IMG/VR virus record: IMGVR_UViG_3300036783_000358 | Location: 1 to 35,236 of that record | DNA from: a virus | Lineage: Duplodnaviria; Caudoviricetes | DNA: 35,236 nucleotides | Direction: 5' to 3' (one strand) | Shown: piece by piece, positions 26,147-34,551 of the stretch | Layout: each line of letters starts with the position of its first letter | Position numbering within the stretch: position 1 is the stretch's first letter | Program-made: the position numbers and the translations under genes | Notes under the pieces: model-generated | Database searches by the model: none | Told to the model about the DNA's origin: nothing | What the model saw: only the letters and a program-made list of their open reading frames with translations

Positions 26147-27467
26147 CAAAATCGTCCTTATTTAACACTCTAAGCGGTTCTGCTAGCAAATCGATTGCAT
26201 AGGAAATATCATCAGTGATATTTATAAAAGTTGTTAATTGTTCGCCAGGAAACTTCGTAGCCAAGTAAAAACTATGCTCGATGCGTTTTTTATCAGAATA
26301 ATGTTTTAATGCATCAATTACATATGGGCTATGTGTCGTAATTATAATATCCACACCGGCATACACTAAGTCACAGATCAATTCACAATATAGAACTTGC
26401 CATTTGGGATGTAGGTTAACCTCTGGCTCATCAAGAATTAAAAGATTACTTTCCTCAGCATGCCCTCCTTTAAGAAGCATATCTAGAATACCGAGGGATT
26501 TCACACCAGAAGCAATATTTGATGATGATACTGAATAATTATCCCTTGTTAGCATGAAGTCAAATTTTTCACTATCATAACTTATCTCCCCAGAAAATGC
26601 AGAGTTAATTCGCGCAGAGATTTGGCTATGAAGATCATTTTCAACATCACCAAACAAATCATTAAATGCATAAAGGTTATATATTGAATCACTTAGTTTA
26701 TTGCTTAGATCCTTTATATGAAGAGGAACGGTCGCTCTACCCGTTGCTCCTTCCTTAATTTCAAACAAAGTTTTAGACATTTGAGCTAAGTTGTGAAACT
26801 GAATAATAGCCGGTGACTCTACATAAGTAGCGTCGTTATACCCTAACTCTTCGTCAAACTCAAACTTGAATTTTGTATCACTAACCCAATTGATACATAT
26901 TAAAGGTGTAGCACCATCATTAACTTTAACTACTGGTTTAAGTGGTTCAGCAGTACCTTTTGGCACAATCTCTCCCCGAAACTCAGAGAAAAAGGCCTTA
27001 CCTATCGCGCGATTCATTACAGATAACTTATCATCTGGCTCTGAAATTATTTGTCTAATTTCTTCGAGCTTTGAGCTGGCACCAGAAAAAACCAAGCCTG
27101 TGATATTCCCATCCTCTAATAACTTCGTTAGAGATTTATATCTTTCATCAAGCGCTAACTCTGGGTCAGACTTCAATTGGGAAATGAATTTTTTCGGATG
27201 AAACAAATCTCTAATTTGCGAGTTTGCAGTTACGTTAATAGATCTTCTTATAATTGAGAAATATAGAACTTCCGCTATAGATAATAACCTAGCATCTTTA
27301 TCCTCTTCAAGATCGTACTCATATCTCGCAATCGCCTTAACTATGGAAAAAAGAATTTTTCCTACAGTACTTTTACCCGTGTCATTTTCACCGGTTATTA
27401 CTGTAAGCCCACCGATATGCACATGCGCATCCGCTATCGTGCCAAAATTACTAACCTCAATATCCAT
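26136..27467 (-). CDS. ABC/OLD-type (AAA_15/AAA_21-like) ATPase
   Basis: Walker A GENDTGKST, signature-like IASGVK, Walker B/D-loop LLILDEPEVNLHP, H-loop IIITTHSPY; no fused TOPRIM domain. Confidence 0.92.
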   Translation of the reverse strand: MDIEVSNFGTIADAHVHIGGLTVITGENDTGKSTVGKILFSIVKAIARYEYDLEEDKDARLLSIAEVLYFSIIRRSINVTANSQIRDLFHPKKFISQLKSDPELALDERYKSLTKLLEDGNITGLVFSGASSKLEEIRQIISEPDDKLSVMNRAIGKAFFSEFRGEIVPKGTAEPLKPVVKVNDGATPLICINWVSDTKFKFEFDEELGYNDATYVESPAIIQFHNLAQMSKTLFEIKEGATGRATVPLHIKDLSNKLSDSIYNLYAFNDLFGDVENDLHSQISARINSAFSGEISYDSEKFDFMLTRDNYSVSSSNIASGVKSLGILDMLLKGGHAEESNLLILDEPEVNLHPKWQVLYCELICDLVYAGVDIIITTHSPYVIDALKHYSDKKRIEHSFYLATKFPGEQLTTFINITDDISYAIDLLAEPLRVLNKDDFDDF

Positions 27468-27502
27468 AAGCAACTCTTATAATCTCTAATGATTCTCCCG
27501 CG

Positions 27503-27531
27503 ATTCTACCATCATCTATATAAGCAATGAA
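27503..27531 (-). promoter_or_regulatory. Putative sigma70 promoter of the ATPase-nuclease operon
   Basis: TTCATT-17-TAGAAT with extended -10 (TG-G-TAGAAT). Confidence 0.6.
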
Positions 27532-27733
27532 AGTAGTGTGCACAGCTAGATCAAATGGTTAAAAATAGCCTTTGTAAGCCTTGGCTATCAGTTTCTCAAG
27601 GAGTCTCTACATTGTAGCGTGAGCCTGTTTACTTGCCACTCTCACTCAGCGAACCATCGCCTTCGACCTCATGAGTTCAAAAGGTCAGCCCATCGACATT
27701 GAACTAGTCAATCATGTCCCAATGTAGATATTT

Positions 27734-27958
27734 TCAGCATAGAAACAGGTACGTGTTGTGCTGATAGCGGCCCTCTTCGATCAACTTAAAAACGTGACCA
27801 GACCGATTTACGATGTAGTAGTTTGCCTCCTCTGGTGTGAGGTGCGTCCCTAACCGATTGGCGGCATGTATAAAATCTACCGTCTTAATTCTGCGGCCTT
27901 TTGCTGTGGGTTTCAGGGTCTCCAATAACGCCCCGGCCAAGTGTAAATCTCGTTTCAT
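27734..27958 (-). CDS. 74-aa hypothetical protein, second gene of the SOS operon
   Basis: 14 bp downstream of tum with SD TAGGTG; not DinI-like by eye. Confidence 0.72.
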   Translation of the reverse strand: MKRDLHLAGALLETLKPTAKGRRIKTVDFIHAANRLGTHLTPEEANYYIVNRSGHVFKLIEEGRYQHNTYLFLC

Positions 27959-27972
27959 ACGTCACCTATGGA

Positions 27973-28170
27973 TTACGAAATAGCGGCGAGCTTTTGGATT
28001 ATCGCGGCTTTTTCTGGACAGATATTCGTTTTCATCTCCCCGGCCAGTTCTGAAATCCATATCAATGCAATGTCTTTATCTTTTGCTTGGCTCTCATAAC
28101 AAACCCCCAGACGGGCGATGAGTTCAATACGTTCTAAAAAAACCATTTCTTCCGCTGCTGGTAAATGCAC
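27973..28170 (-). CDS. tum: Tum-like SOS-inducible antirepressor
   Basis: GTG start with SD GGAGG. ERIELIARL...DKDIALIWISELA resembles the N-terminal domain of 186 Tum. LexA box upstream; located after A. Confidence 0.8.
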   Translation of the reverse strand: MHLPAAEEMVFLERIELIARLGVCYESQAKDKDIALIWISELAGEMKTNICPEKAAIIQKLAAIS

Positions 28171-28193
28171 CCTATTCCTCCGATGCTTAATCA

Positions 28194-28209
28194 CTGTATG
28201 CATATACAG
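28194..28209. promoter_or_regulatory. LexA (SOS) box
   Basis: CTGTATGCATATACAG is CTGT-N8-ACAG with an AT-alternating spacer, just upstream of tum. Confidence 0.92.
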
Positions 28210-28243
28210 TATTACCCATAAATTTTGCATCCGCAACTAATTA

Positions 28244-30457
28244 TTAAAAGCCTGCCCAATCATTAACCGGTGCATACTGCATTGAAATATCACCAAATTT
28301 GACTTTAGCACCACGTGCTAACGCTTCCAGTTCCCAGCGTTCCGGGACGATGTTTTGTAGTGCCAACTCTGAGTAAATTTTGGCAATGCGATCGCGTTCT
28401 GCCGGGGTCAATCTTGCCGACGGAGACACCTCCGGCACGCGATAAGGGTCAAAACTGCGTTGTGATTTCTTTATCTGCGACGGAATAGCCCGTATACGAC
28501 TCATAACAGACCGTGTAACGGTCATATCATTCCAGTCAATCGGTGTCTCTGGCGGGTGTTCCAACACCGCCACGGCCTCTACAGGTTCACTATCCTGCGT
28601 ATTTGTAGCGCCTTTGCTATCGACCAACCCACAGTTATTGACAGGACTCCGAGGCGCGCCAGAGGCGCTTTGCAAAGTCAAAGGCTCAACGGCAACAGCT
28701 TTAGCGACAATGCGCCATTGCGTTGTGCGGGTTTCATAGATGCGATCTGCGCCAATATGCGGGGCATAAATTCCCGCAATTTTCTGGACTTCTTCGTCAT
28801 AGGCGTTGAGTTCGTCGGCAACCCTGCGGGCAACACGCACGGTCTGATCGTCGCGGGAAACATTGGTGCCGCCCTGGGCCAGAATGTAGGCGGCAAAATC
28901 ACCGGCATCAGCGGCAGCGCGTACCGCTTCCACGCTGTCGTCAAACTCGTCGGCCAGACTGACAGAACGAATTTTTCGGCATTCACGCCACGCGCCACGC
29001 GACGGCAGGCCAATGAATTGAAATTGAGGAATGCGCCACGTTGACGCCCACGCGGTGACAGCTGCAGCCGTTTCAGTCAACAGCTCGCCTGTTTCATGAT
29101 CGCGCTCACCGTCCAGCGCGTAACCGTCGATATTCTTCGCGATATATTTGGCGATATAACCCGCCGCGCCGCCTTTGTTCAGGTGCTTGCAGTCGAAACG
29201 GTTTTTAGCTGCGCCGCGTTCGTCGCCATCCTCGGCCATGGCATATCGCCGCATGATGTCGATCACCGGCTGCCGCTGCTCTTTGGAGGTAAACAGCATC
29301 ATATGCCAATGCGGCGTTGCATCGTGATGCGGCTCAACCACGCGTATGCCGTAGACCTGAAGCCCGTTGTCTTTAAACGCCGTCCGAATATTACTAAACA
29401 AGTTCACAAGATAGCGCTGGCCGTCTTTTGGCGTGTACGCCTCTTCATCCCAATTGTGGTTAAACTGCACCTTCGGGTTGTTTTTACCGACGGTGCGTGT
29501 CGGGTGATATTTGGACGGCGTAGTGATAGTGATAAACATCCCTTTATCACCTTTTATCTCGGCAGCCTGTTGAACCCCAGCTACTATCGTCATTAGCTCC
29601 ATGCGACGGATCTCCGGGTTAGAGATACTCGCCATCACCTTGTCGATCAGGCTGAATCGTTCACCGGTTTCGACATTCTCCAGCTCGCGGCTGTTGAGGT
29701 AATCAAAGTTGGACTGACGACGCGCTTTCACTTCCCGGATCGCCTGCTTGCTGGAATAGGATGACGCCCCACGATTCACATTACCGACGGCAATCAACAA
29801 CGCCTCGCGCCAGCGCGTGCGCTGGGCTTTTAACTGGCGTTCCCACCATTCCGCATCTACCAACCGGGACAGACTGGCGATCGCTGACCGGGCATCAAGT
29901 TTGCCCTTGCGGTATTTGTTCCAATGCATCGGGGTGATATTGAAGGCGCGGGCCATCGGCGCGGTATGACCATAAAAACAGGCTTGAGTGCTATCTTCAA
30001 ACAGCCCTGTATTGTCTCCGCCGTTGCTTTTAATGAATTCTTCAACGCGGCTTTCATAGATAGACGACAGTTGACCGGCCACGCGATCCGCAAGGCGTTT
30101 AAGCTCTTTGTCATCCATACCCGGTAAGCCAGCATAATTATCAATCTCCGCCAACCAACGTGGTGAAGCCGCTACGTTCATCCCATTCTTGGCGTTTACC
30201 GCCTCAATACGGGGCCATATGCGGCGCTCAAACTGGAACACAAGCCATTTATTGGCGTCATGCAGCCCTTTGGATTTCAGCAAGTAATCATGGCGTGACA
30301 GGAAAATGGCGCTAAGAAAGCGCGGCAGGGAATGGATATTGCGTAAAACAGCTTGCCCCTGAGCGTGTTCCTCACGGGTAAGCGGTCTTACCGGCCCGGC
30401 GATTGCCGGGCGCGGTGCGTTCCATGGGTAAGCGTAAGCGGGTGCCGCTTGGCTCAT
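28244..30457 (-). CDS. A: Rolling-circle replication endonuclease A
   Basis: Start reset to MSQAAPAYAYPWNAPR; TITTPSKYH, EPHHDATPHWH (HUH), YIAKYIAKNIDG (twin Tyr), WASTWRIPQFQ. Confidence 0.97.
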   Translation of the reverse strand: MSQAAPAYAYPWNAPRPAIAGPVRPLTREEHAQGQAVLRNIHSLPRFLSAIFLSRHDYLLKSKGLHDANKWLVFQFERRIWPRIEAVNAKNGMNVAASPRWLAEIDNYAGLPGMDDKELKRLADRVAGQLSSIYESRVEEFIKSNGGDNTGLFEDSTQACFYGHTAPMARAFNITPMHWNKYRKGKLDARSAIASLSRLVDAEWWERQLKAQRTRWREALLIAVGNVNRGASSYSSKQAIREVKARRQSNFDYLNSRELENVETGERFSLIDKVMASISNPEIRRMELMTIVAGVQQAAEIKGDKGMFITITTPSKYHPTRTVGKNNPKVQFNHNWDEEAYTPKDGQRYLVNLFSNIRTAFKDNGLQVYGIRVVEPHHDATPHWHMMLFTSKEQRQPVIDIMRRYAMAEDGDERGAAKNRFDCKHLNKGGAAGYIAKYIAKNIDGYALDGERDHETGELLTETAAAVTAWASTWRIPQFQFIGLPSRGAWRECRKIRSVSLADEFDDSVEAVRAAADAGDFAAYILAQGGTNVSRDDQTVRVARRVADELNAYDEEVQKIAGIYAPHIGADRIYETRTTQWRIVAKAVAVEPLTLQSASGAPRSPVNNCGLVDSKGATNTQDSEPVEAVAVLEHPPETPIDWNDMTVTRSVMSRIRAIPSQIKKSQRSFDPYRVPEVSPSARLTPAERDRIAKIYSELALQNIVPERWELEALARGAKVKFGDISMQYAPVNDWAGF
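28629..28657 (-). other. Replication origin (gpA nick site) within A
   Basis: GCGCCTCG^GAGTCCTGTCAATAACTGTGG matches the P2/186 ori; nick predicted between 28650 and 28649. Confidence 0.88.
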
Positions 30458-30645
30458 TGAACTTTTGCGCCGTTCGCGTGAGCGCAATTGCCGCAGTAGC
30501 GCTCATTACATGGGGAACACGGCGAATCATCAACGCTGCGCCATTTAACGCCTGCTGCATCTATGGCCTGCTCATAGATGCTCGCCACACGTGCACCTGA
30601 ATAGTGTTTCCAAATGGTCTGGATAACCACCACCGGCTTATCCAT
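30454..30645 (-). CDS. 63-aa hypothetical protein with CxxC-x4-CxxC
   Basis: MDKPVVVIQ...PCSPCNERYCGNCAH; overlaps the upstream gene and the A start (ATGA). Confidence 0.65.
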   Translation of the reverse strand: MDKPVVVIQTIWKHYSGARVASIYEQAIDAAGVKWRSVDDSPCSPCNERYCGNCAHANGAKVQ

Positions 30646-30916
30646 TCCGGGCCTCACATACTGCGAACGCGTCTTGGCATAGGTTGCCAATCCGACCAAT
30701 TTCAGCGGCCAATGATGCAATACTATTTACGCTAGAATTACGTACACCATGATGAATAAGCCCGTTCACCAATTGGTTAACTGTTGGATAATAACCAATG
30801 GCTTCATATCGCTCTTTCCCTTCGCTTTTACCGACCTTCCCGACCTTCACAGTATTAAGAATGAATTGCAGGTTATCGCTAGTGATAACAAACTCAGTAC
30901 CAATTTTAATTTCCAT
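30638..30916 (-). CDS. P2 Orf83-like early protein (DUF5405-like)
   Basis: FVITSDNLQFILN...GKSEGKE...IGYYP; synteny. Confidence 0.78.
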   Translation of the reverse strand: MEIKIGTEFVITSDNLQFILNTVKVGKVGKSEGKERYEAIGYYPTVNQLVNGLIHHGVRNSSVNSIASLAAEIGRIGNLCQDAFAVCEARNG

Positions 30917-30925
30917 ATTATTTCC

Positions 30926-31042
30926 TTAATCGTAATTTTGGTTTTCTGGGCGGCGCATGAATTCTAAATCACTCAAATCGGCCGCAATAAAATGGCCTAC
31001 CAGCAACGCCAGTAGACCGAGTAAAGTTAAATAACCCGTCAT
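30926..31042 (-). CDS. 38-aa single-TM microprotein (absent from the ORF track)
   Basis: MTGYLTLLGLLALLVGHFIAADLSDLEFMRRPENQNYD*. ATGA overlap with the upstream stop; fills the gap almost exactly. Confidence 0.65.
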   Translation of the reverse strand: MTGYLTLLGLLALLVGHFIAADLSDLEFMRRPENQNYD

Positions 31043-31263
31043 GCCTTCCCCGCAAAAAGATGGCTTTGCGCCTCTCGGCGTTGTTGGCAGCTCACGCATG
31101 TATCAACGCCGGGAACAGCAATACGGCGCGCGGGCGGAATCGGAGCATCACATTCTTCACAAACGAATGCAGAAGGCAGTGCAGAGGTTTTGCGGGCATT
31201 AGCGATCTGCGCCTCCAACACCTGCGCCTGATGTTCTTGTGCGTAATCCATCAAGTCAGCCAT
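31039..31263 (-). CDS. TraR/DksA C4 zinc-finger protein (P2 Orf82-like)
   Basis: MADLMDYAQE...CEECDAPIPPARRIAVPGVDTCVSCQ. Confidence 0.9.
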   Translation of the reverse strand: MADLMDYAQEHQAQVLEAQIANARKTSALPSAFVCEECDAPIPPARRIAVPGVDTCVSCQQRREAQSHLFAGKA

Positions 31264-31505
31264 TAGTGCAGCTCCTGCGCTTGGTGCTCGATGGATTCAG
31301 CCTCTTGGCGGAGCAGCTCTACAGCCTCAACCGCCGTTAAACCGTTCTTAGTGATATGGGCAGCCAAACGCACCAGACGAGCAGCGGCGAGATCGGCTTG
31401 ATTCTTACGCTCATCAAGGCGGGCGTTATCAAGCAACACTACTACCTGTGAAATTTCGCTACCTTCTTTTGCCGGGTCTAATCCCATAAAAATCAAATTC
31501 GACAT
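31263..31505 (-). CDS. P2 Orf80/81-like early protein (DUF2732-like)
   Basis: LLDNARLDERK...LAAHI...EAVELLRQEAE. Confidence 0.8.
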   Translation of the reverse strand: MSNLIFMGLDPAKEGSEISQVVVLLDNARLDERKNQADLAAARLVRLAAHITKNGLTAVEAVELLRQEAESIEHQAQELH

Positions 31506-31569
31506 ATTTAATTCCTTATTTCAGGCAAAGCGATGCCCGGCGGGTTAACGCCAGAATTACGCAATACGA

Positions 31570-31872
31570 TTAATTAGTATTTAATTCGCAATCATCATCA
31601 CTGATAAATCGCGGTAAGGTTTTTGATAAATCAATTAGGTCATTCAGCGCCCACACGATTTGTTTACGCTCTGAAAAGTTCATTTCTGCAAATTTCATGT
31701 TTATGTGCCGCTCTTTAAGCCCAGCATGAAAACAAACAGTTCTGCGGATATGCCCCGGTGATTTATCAAAAGCCTCTTGCGCCACATTCTTTCTATGCGC
31801 AAACAGATCACGCTTAATCTGGGAAATGCGCTTAATACCGATAGCTTTTTGGTCATCCGTTGCCAATAACAT
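31570..31872 (-). CDS. Early protein at the 186 dhr position (DUF5347-like)
   Basis: 100 aa, RTVCFHAGLKERH; follows the fil-like gene. Confidence 0.65.
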   Translation of the reverse strand: MLLATDDQKAIGIKRISQIKRDLFAHRKNVAQEAFDKSPGHIRRTVCFHAGLKERHINMKFAEMNFSERKQIVWALNDLIDLSKTLPRFISDDDCELNTN

Positions 31873-31883
31873 ATCAACCCCAA

Positions 31884-32072
31884 TTAACGGCAGAACATAC
31901 GGCGCAGTAGTTGCGCAGGTTTTGCAGTGGACAGACCGCGCAGCAATGCAGCTTGATCGTGACGTGGCCGCCAGCGTTTACCGCCCGGCAGTTCAATAAA
32001 GCCGTGTTCAAAATGGCGCGATGGGCTTTGCTGTTTCAGCAGTGGAGCGATTGAGATAGGCATAGTGATCAC
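31884..32072 (-). CDS. Fil-like early protein (DUF2724-like)
   Basis: SIAPLLKQQSPSRHFEHGFIELPGGKRWRP; directly after cII. Confidence 0.72.
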   Translation of the reverse strand: MITMPISIAPLLKQQSPSRHFEHGFIELPGGKRWRPRHDQAALLRGLSTAKPAQLLRRMFCR

Positions 32073-32073
32073 C

Positions 32074-32583
32074 TCAGCTTAAACCAGCGACAACACTCAG
32101 GCCGCCGAGCACGTCAACGGTGGAGGCTAGCGCCGGGGTGGATTGGATGCGGTTTTGAACGGTCAGGCCGATTAGAGACAAATGGCGGATCGCCGTGTTG
32201 ACGCTTTCAAGCAGCGCACTCTTACGAACAGGAGTTTTGTGATCGCCTTGAACCGCTGCGGCAGCAATGCTGCCAACGGCTGCCGTCGCCTGTAGCGCAT
32301 ACGTTGGGATGTTCCCGGCGCTGGCTTCGTTGACAGGCACGGACGGCATGCAGTTAATTTGTGCCAACAGTGCATCAAGAAGGCTTGAATCTTCTGTAGC
32401 GTCGGTAATCGCAAGCAATTCCGCACAAGTGAGCTGATGTGGCTGGCCCGGACTCAACTTATTGCGCAACGTCTGGGCGTTTATGCCGACCAGCTTAGCG
32501 AGAGCCGTCACATTGTGACGTGCTGGAAACTGGCGACAGGCTTCATCAAAGTGCGAATGTTTAGAAACAGCGTAATCAAACAT
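32074..32583 (-). CDS. cII: 186-type CII, activator for establishment of lysogeny
   Basis: MFDYAVSKHSHFDEACRQF...QTLRNKLSPGQPHQLT...CMPSVPVNE; 169 aa. Confidence 0.92.
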   Translation of the reverse strand: MFDYAVSKHSHFDEACRQFPARHNVTALAKLVGINAQTLRNKLSPGQPHQLTCAELLAITDATEDSSLLDALLAQINCMPSVPVNEASAGNIPTYALQATAAVGSIAAAAVQGDHKTPVRKSALLESVNTAIRHLSLIGLTVQNRIQSTPALASTVDVLGGLSVVAGLS

Positions 32584-32611
32584 AGTTCACTCAAAGTTAA
32601 TCTGACAGGAT
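32557..32611 (+). promoter_or_regulatory. CII-dependent pE-like promoter
   Basis: Inverted repeat ATGTTT-N15-AAACAT (32557-32583), two helical turns apart, and extended -10 TG-A-CAGGAT (32603-32611) facing cI. Confidence 0.6.
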
Positions 32612-32613
32612 AA

Positions 32614-32832
32614 CTACACGCTTAGTGATATGTTGAATTCAGTCAAAGCTTGAACAGTCAAAGCGGCCATGTTGATTTCGACCGCTCCAGATTTGTTCTG
32701 CTTAGGTTTAATAGGTAAACGGCCATCTTCAATCATGTGGCGGGCGGTACCGATAGGAGTACCAGTAATGCGGCAATATTCAGCCAAAGGCAGGTAAGGC
32801 ACAGGAATCGCAATTGTAATGTTAGGACGCAT
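32614..32832 (-). CDS. apl: Apl/Cox-like repressor and excisionase
   Basis: MRPNITIAIPVPYLPLAEYCRITG...GRLPI...INMAAL; divergent from cI. Confidence 0.88.
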   Translation of the reverse strand: MRPNITIAIPVPYLPLAEYCRITGTPIGTARHMIEDGRLPIKPKQNKSGAVEINMAALTVQALTEFNISLSV

Positions 32833-32852
32833 AAGGCAAGATCCAAAGTTAA

Positions 32853-32901
32853 TCAATAGTGCTCAATAGCCATCAATGTTGCTTCAATCAACATTGGCAA
32901 T
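32853..32901. repeat. Helically phased TCAAT direct repeats (predicted Apl operators in the pR/pL switch)
   Basis: TCAAT at 32853, 32863, 32873 and 32884, plus GCAAT at 32897. Confidence 0.7.
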
Positions 32902-32941
32902 GCTACGACAGCTTAACGAAACATTGCAAGGATAAATTAAC

Positions 32942-33526
32942 TTGACGTTACATATAGAGTTTGATCGAGGCGGAAAAGAGGTCATAGAAAGGATTGTTAA
33001 AGCGTATGGATTCACTACCCGCTTAGCTTTAGCTGAACACTTCGGCATAAGCAGTAGCAGCATGTCCATGCGCTATAAACGTGATTTCTTCCCTGCTGAC
33101 ATAGCAATTCGTTGTATGGCCGAAACCGGGGTGAAACTTGAATGGCTGGCGACCGGCAAAGGCAAAATGCATGACGATGGCCGATTAGATGTATTAGAGC
33201 TGCCAAGCAAGAAACTTGTAGATGGTGAAGTGTTCGAAGCCGCTAATTTAGTGCTTGATAAAAACTTTTTTCCAGCCCATCAACAGCCCCCTATCAAGCC
33301 GGAAATAGTCTATGACGCCTCAAACCAATATGTAGTGGAGACTGATTTCAAAGAAGTTTATGACGGGAAATGGCTTGTTAACATCGAAGGGAAAACGAAT
33401 ATTCGCGACTTGACTCGCATCCCAGTTAACAAAGTGCGGGTGACGGGTGCAGGCGTGCCTTTCGATTGCGGAATTGACGAGATCGGCATTTTGGGAAGAG
33501 TAATAAGTAAAATTGAGTACTTCTAA
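32942..33526 (+). CDS. cI: 186-type CI immunity repressor
   Basis: GGKEVIERIVKAYGF...RYKRDFFP...TGVKLEWLATGKG N-terminal domain, DGKWLVNIEG C-terminal domain; TTG start. Confidence 0.93.
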   Translation: MTLHIEFDRGGKEVIERIVKAYGFTTRLALAEHFGISSSSMSMRYKRDFFPADIAIRCMAETGVKLEWLATGKGKMHDDGRLDVLELPSKKLVDGEVFEAANLVLDKNFFPAHQQPPIKPEIVYDASNQYVVETDFKEVYDGKWLVNIEGKTNIRDLTRIPVNKVRVTGAGVPFDCGIDEIGILGRVISKIEYF

Positions 33527-33531
33527 AACAC

Positions 33532-34551
33532 ATGGGTATTAAGAAGTTAGACGACGGCCAGTGGCAGCTTGATCTTTACCCTCTAGGGCGAGCTGCAGGT
33601 AAACGCATAAGAAAAAAATTTGCGACTAAGGGTGAAGCGATGGCATTTGAACGCCACGCTTTAGATCCAGTTGCAAGCAAACCATGGCTAGGAGAAAAAA
33701 CCGATAAGCGGCCCCTCAAAGAGCTGATTGATACTTGGTATTCTCTACACGGAATCAGCCTAGATGATGGCAAAAGACGACAAACTACTATGCACCATGC
33801 CTTTGAAAGCATGGGACGGCCACTGGCTACAGAGTTCAATGCTCTATTGTTCACAAAGTATAGAAAAGCACGACTTGAGGGTAAATATCCGCGAACTAGT
33901 CGTGTGCAGCAAGTCTCCCATCGAACGATGAATTTGGAGTTTGCCTACTTTCGAGCAATGTTCAATGAGCTGAAACGCCTCGGACATTGGAAAGGGGAAA
34001 ACCCCATAGAAAATGTCACCGAATTTAAAATTGATGAATCAGAAATGGCGTTTCTTTCTCAGGATGAGATTCAACGCCTACTGACCGAGTGTGAAAATAG
34101 CTCGTCTCGCGATTTATCTACCGTGGTTGAAATAGCGCTTAGTACAGGCGCACGATGGTCAGAAGCTGAAGAGTTACGGCGCTCACAAGTAACTAAACAC
34201 AGGATCACATTCACCAAAACAAAATCGGGGAAAAATAGAACTGTGCCAATCAGTGAATCTCTTTACGAGAAAATCCCCAAAAATAGCGGCACACTATTCA
34301 ATTCATGCTATTCAGCATTCCGATCTGCCATTGGTCGGACGGGGGTAGAGCTTCCTGATGGTCAATTGACGCACGTTTTAAGACATACTTTTGCTTCGCA
34401 TTTTATGATGAATGGTGGGAACATTCTAGTACTGCAAAAAATACTCGGACATAGTGATATAAAAACAACGATGCGTTACGCCCATTTTTCACCCGACCAT
34501 CTTAATGATGCAGTAAAATTAAACCCTATATCTTGGAGTAAAAATGAATAA
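33532..34551 (+). CDS. int: Tyrosine integrase
   Basis: TGARWSE, KTKSGKNR, HVLRHTFASH, LGHSDIKTTMRYAH. Confidence 0.97.
   Translation: MGIKKLDDGQWQLDLYPLGRAAGKRIRKKFATKGEAMAFERHALDPVASKPWLGEKTDKRPLKELIDTWYSLHGISLDDGKRRQTTMHHAFESMGRPLATEFNALLFTKYRKARLEGKYPRTSRVQQVSHRTMNLEFAYFRAMFNELKRLGHWKGENPIENVTEFKIDESEMAFLSQDEIQRLLTECENSSSRDLSTVVEIALSTGARWSEAEELRRSQVTKHRITFTKTKSGKNRTVPISESLYEKIPKNSGTLFNSCYSAFRSAIGRTGVELPDGQLTHVLRHTFASHFMMNGGNILVLQKILGHSDIKTTMRYAHFSPDHLNDAVKLNPISWSKNE

Noticed and set aside
25538-27467. Calling the ATPase pair PARIS, Septu, Gabija or P2 Old
   Set aside because: No TOPRIM, HNH or UvrD motifs seen; the partner carries a PD-ExK motif.
27540-27733. Possible gene remnant between the SOS operon and the ATPase
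   Set aside because: Multiple stops and no recognisable similarity by eye.
28171-28236. Extended N-terminus of the tum ORF
   Set aside because: It covers the LexA box and promoter; GTG at 28170 has a strong SD.
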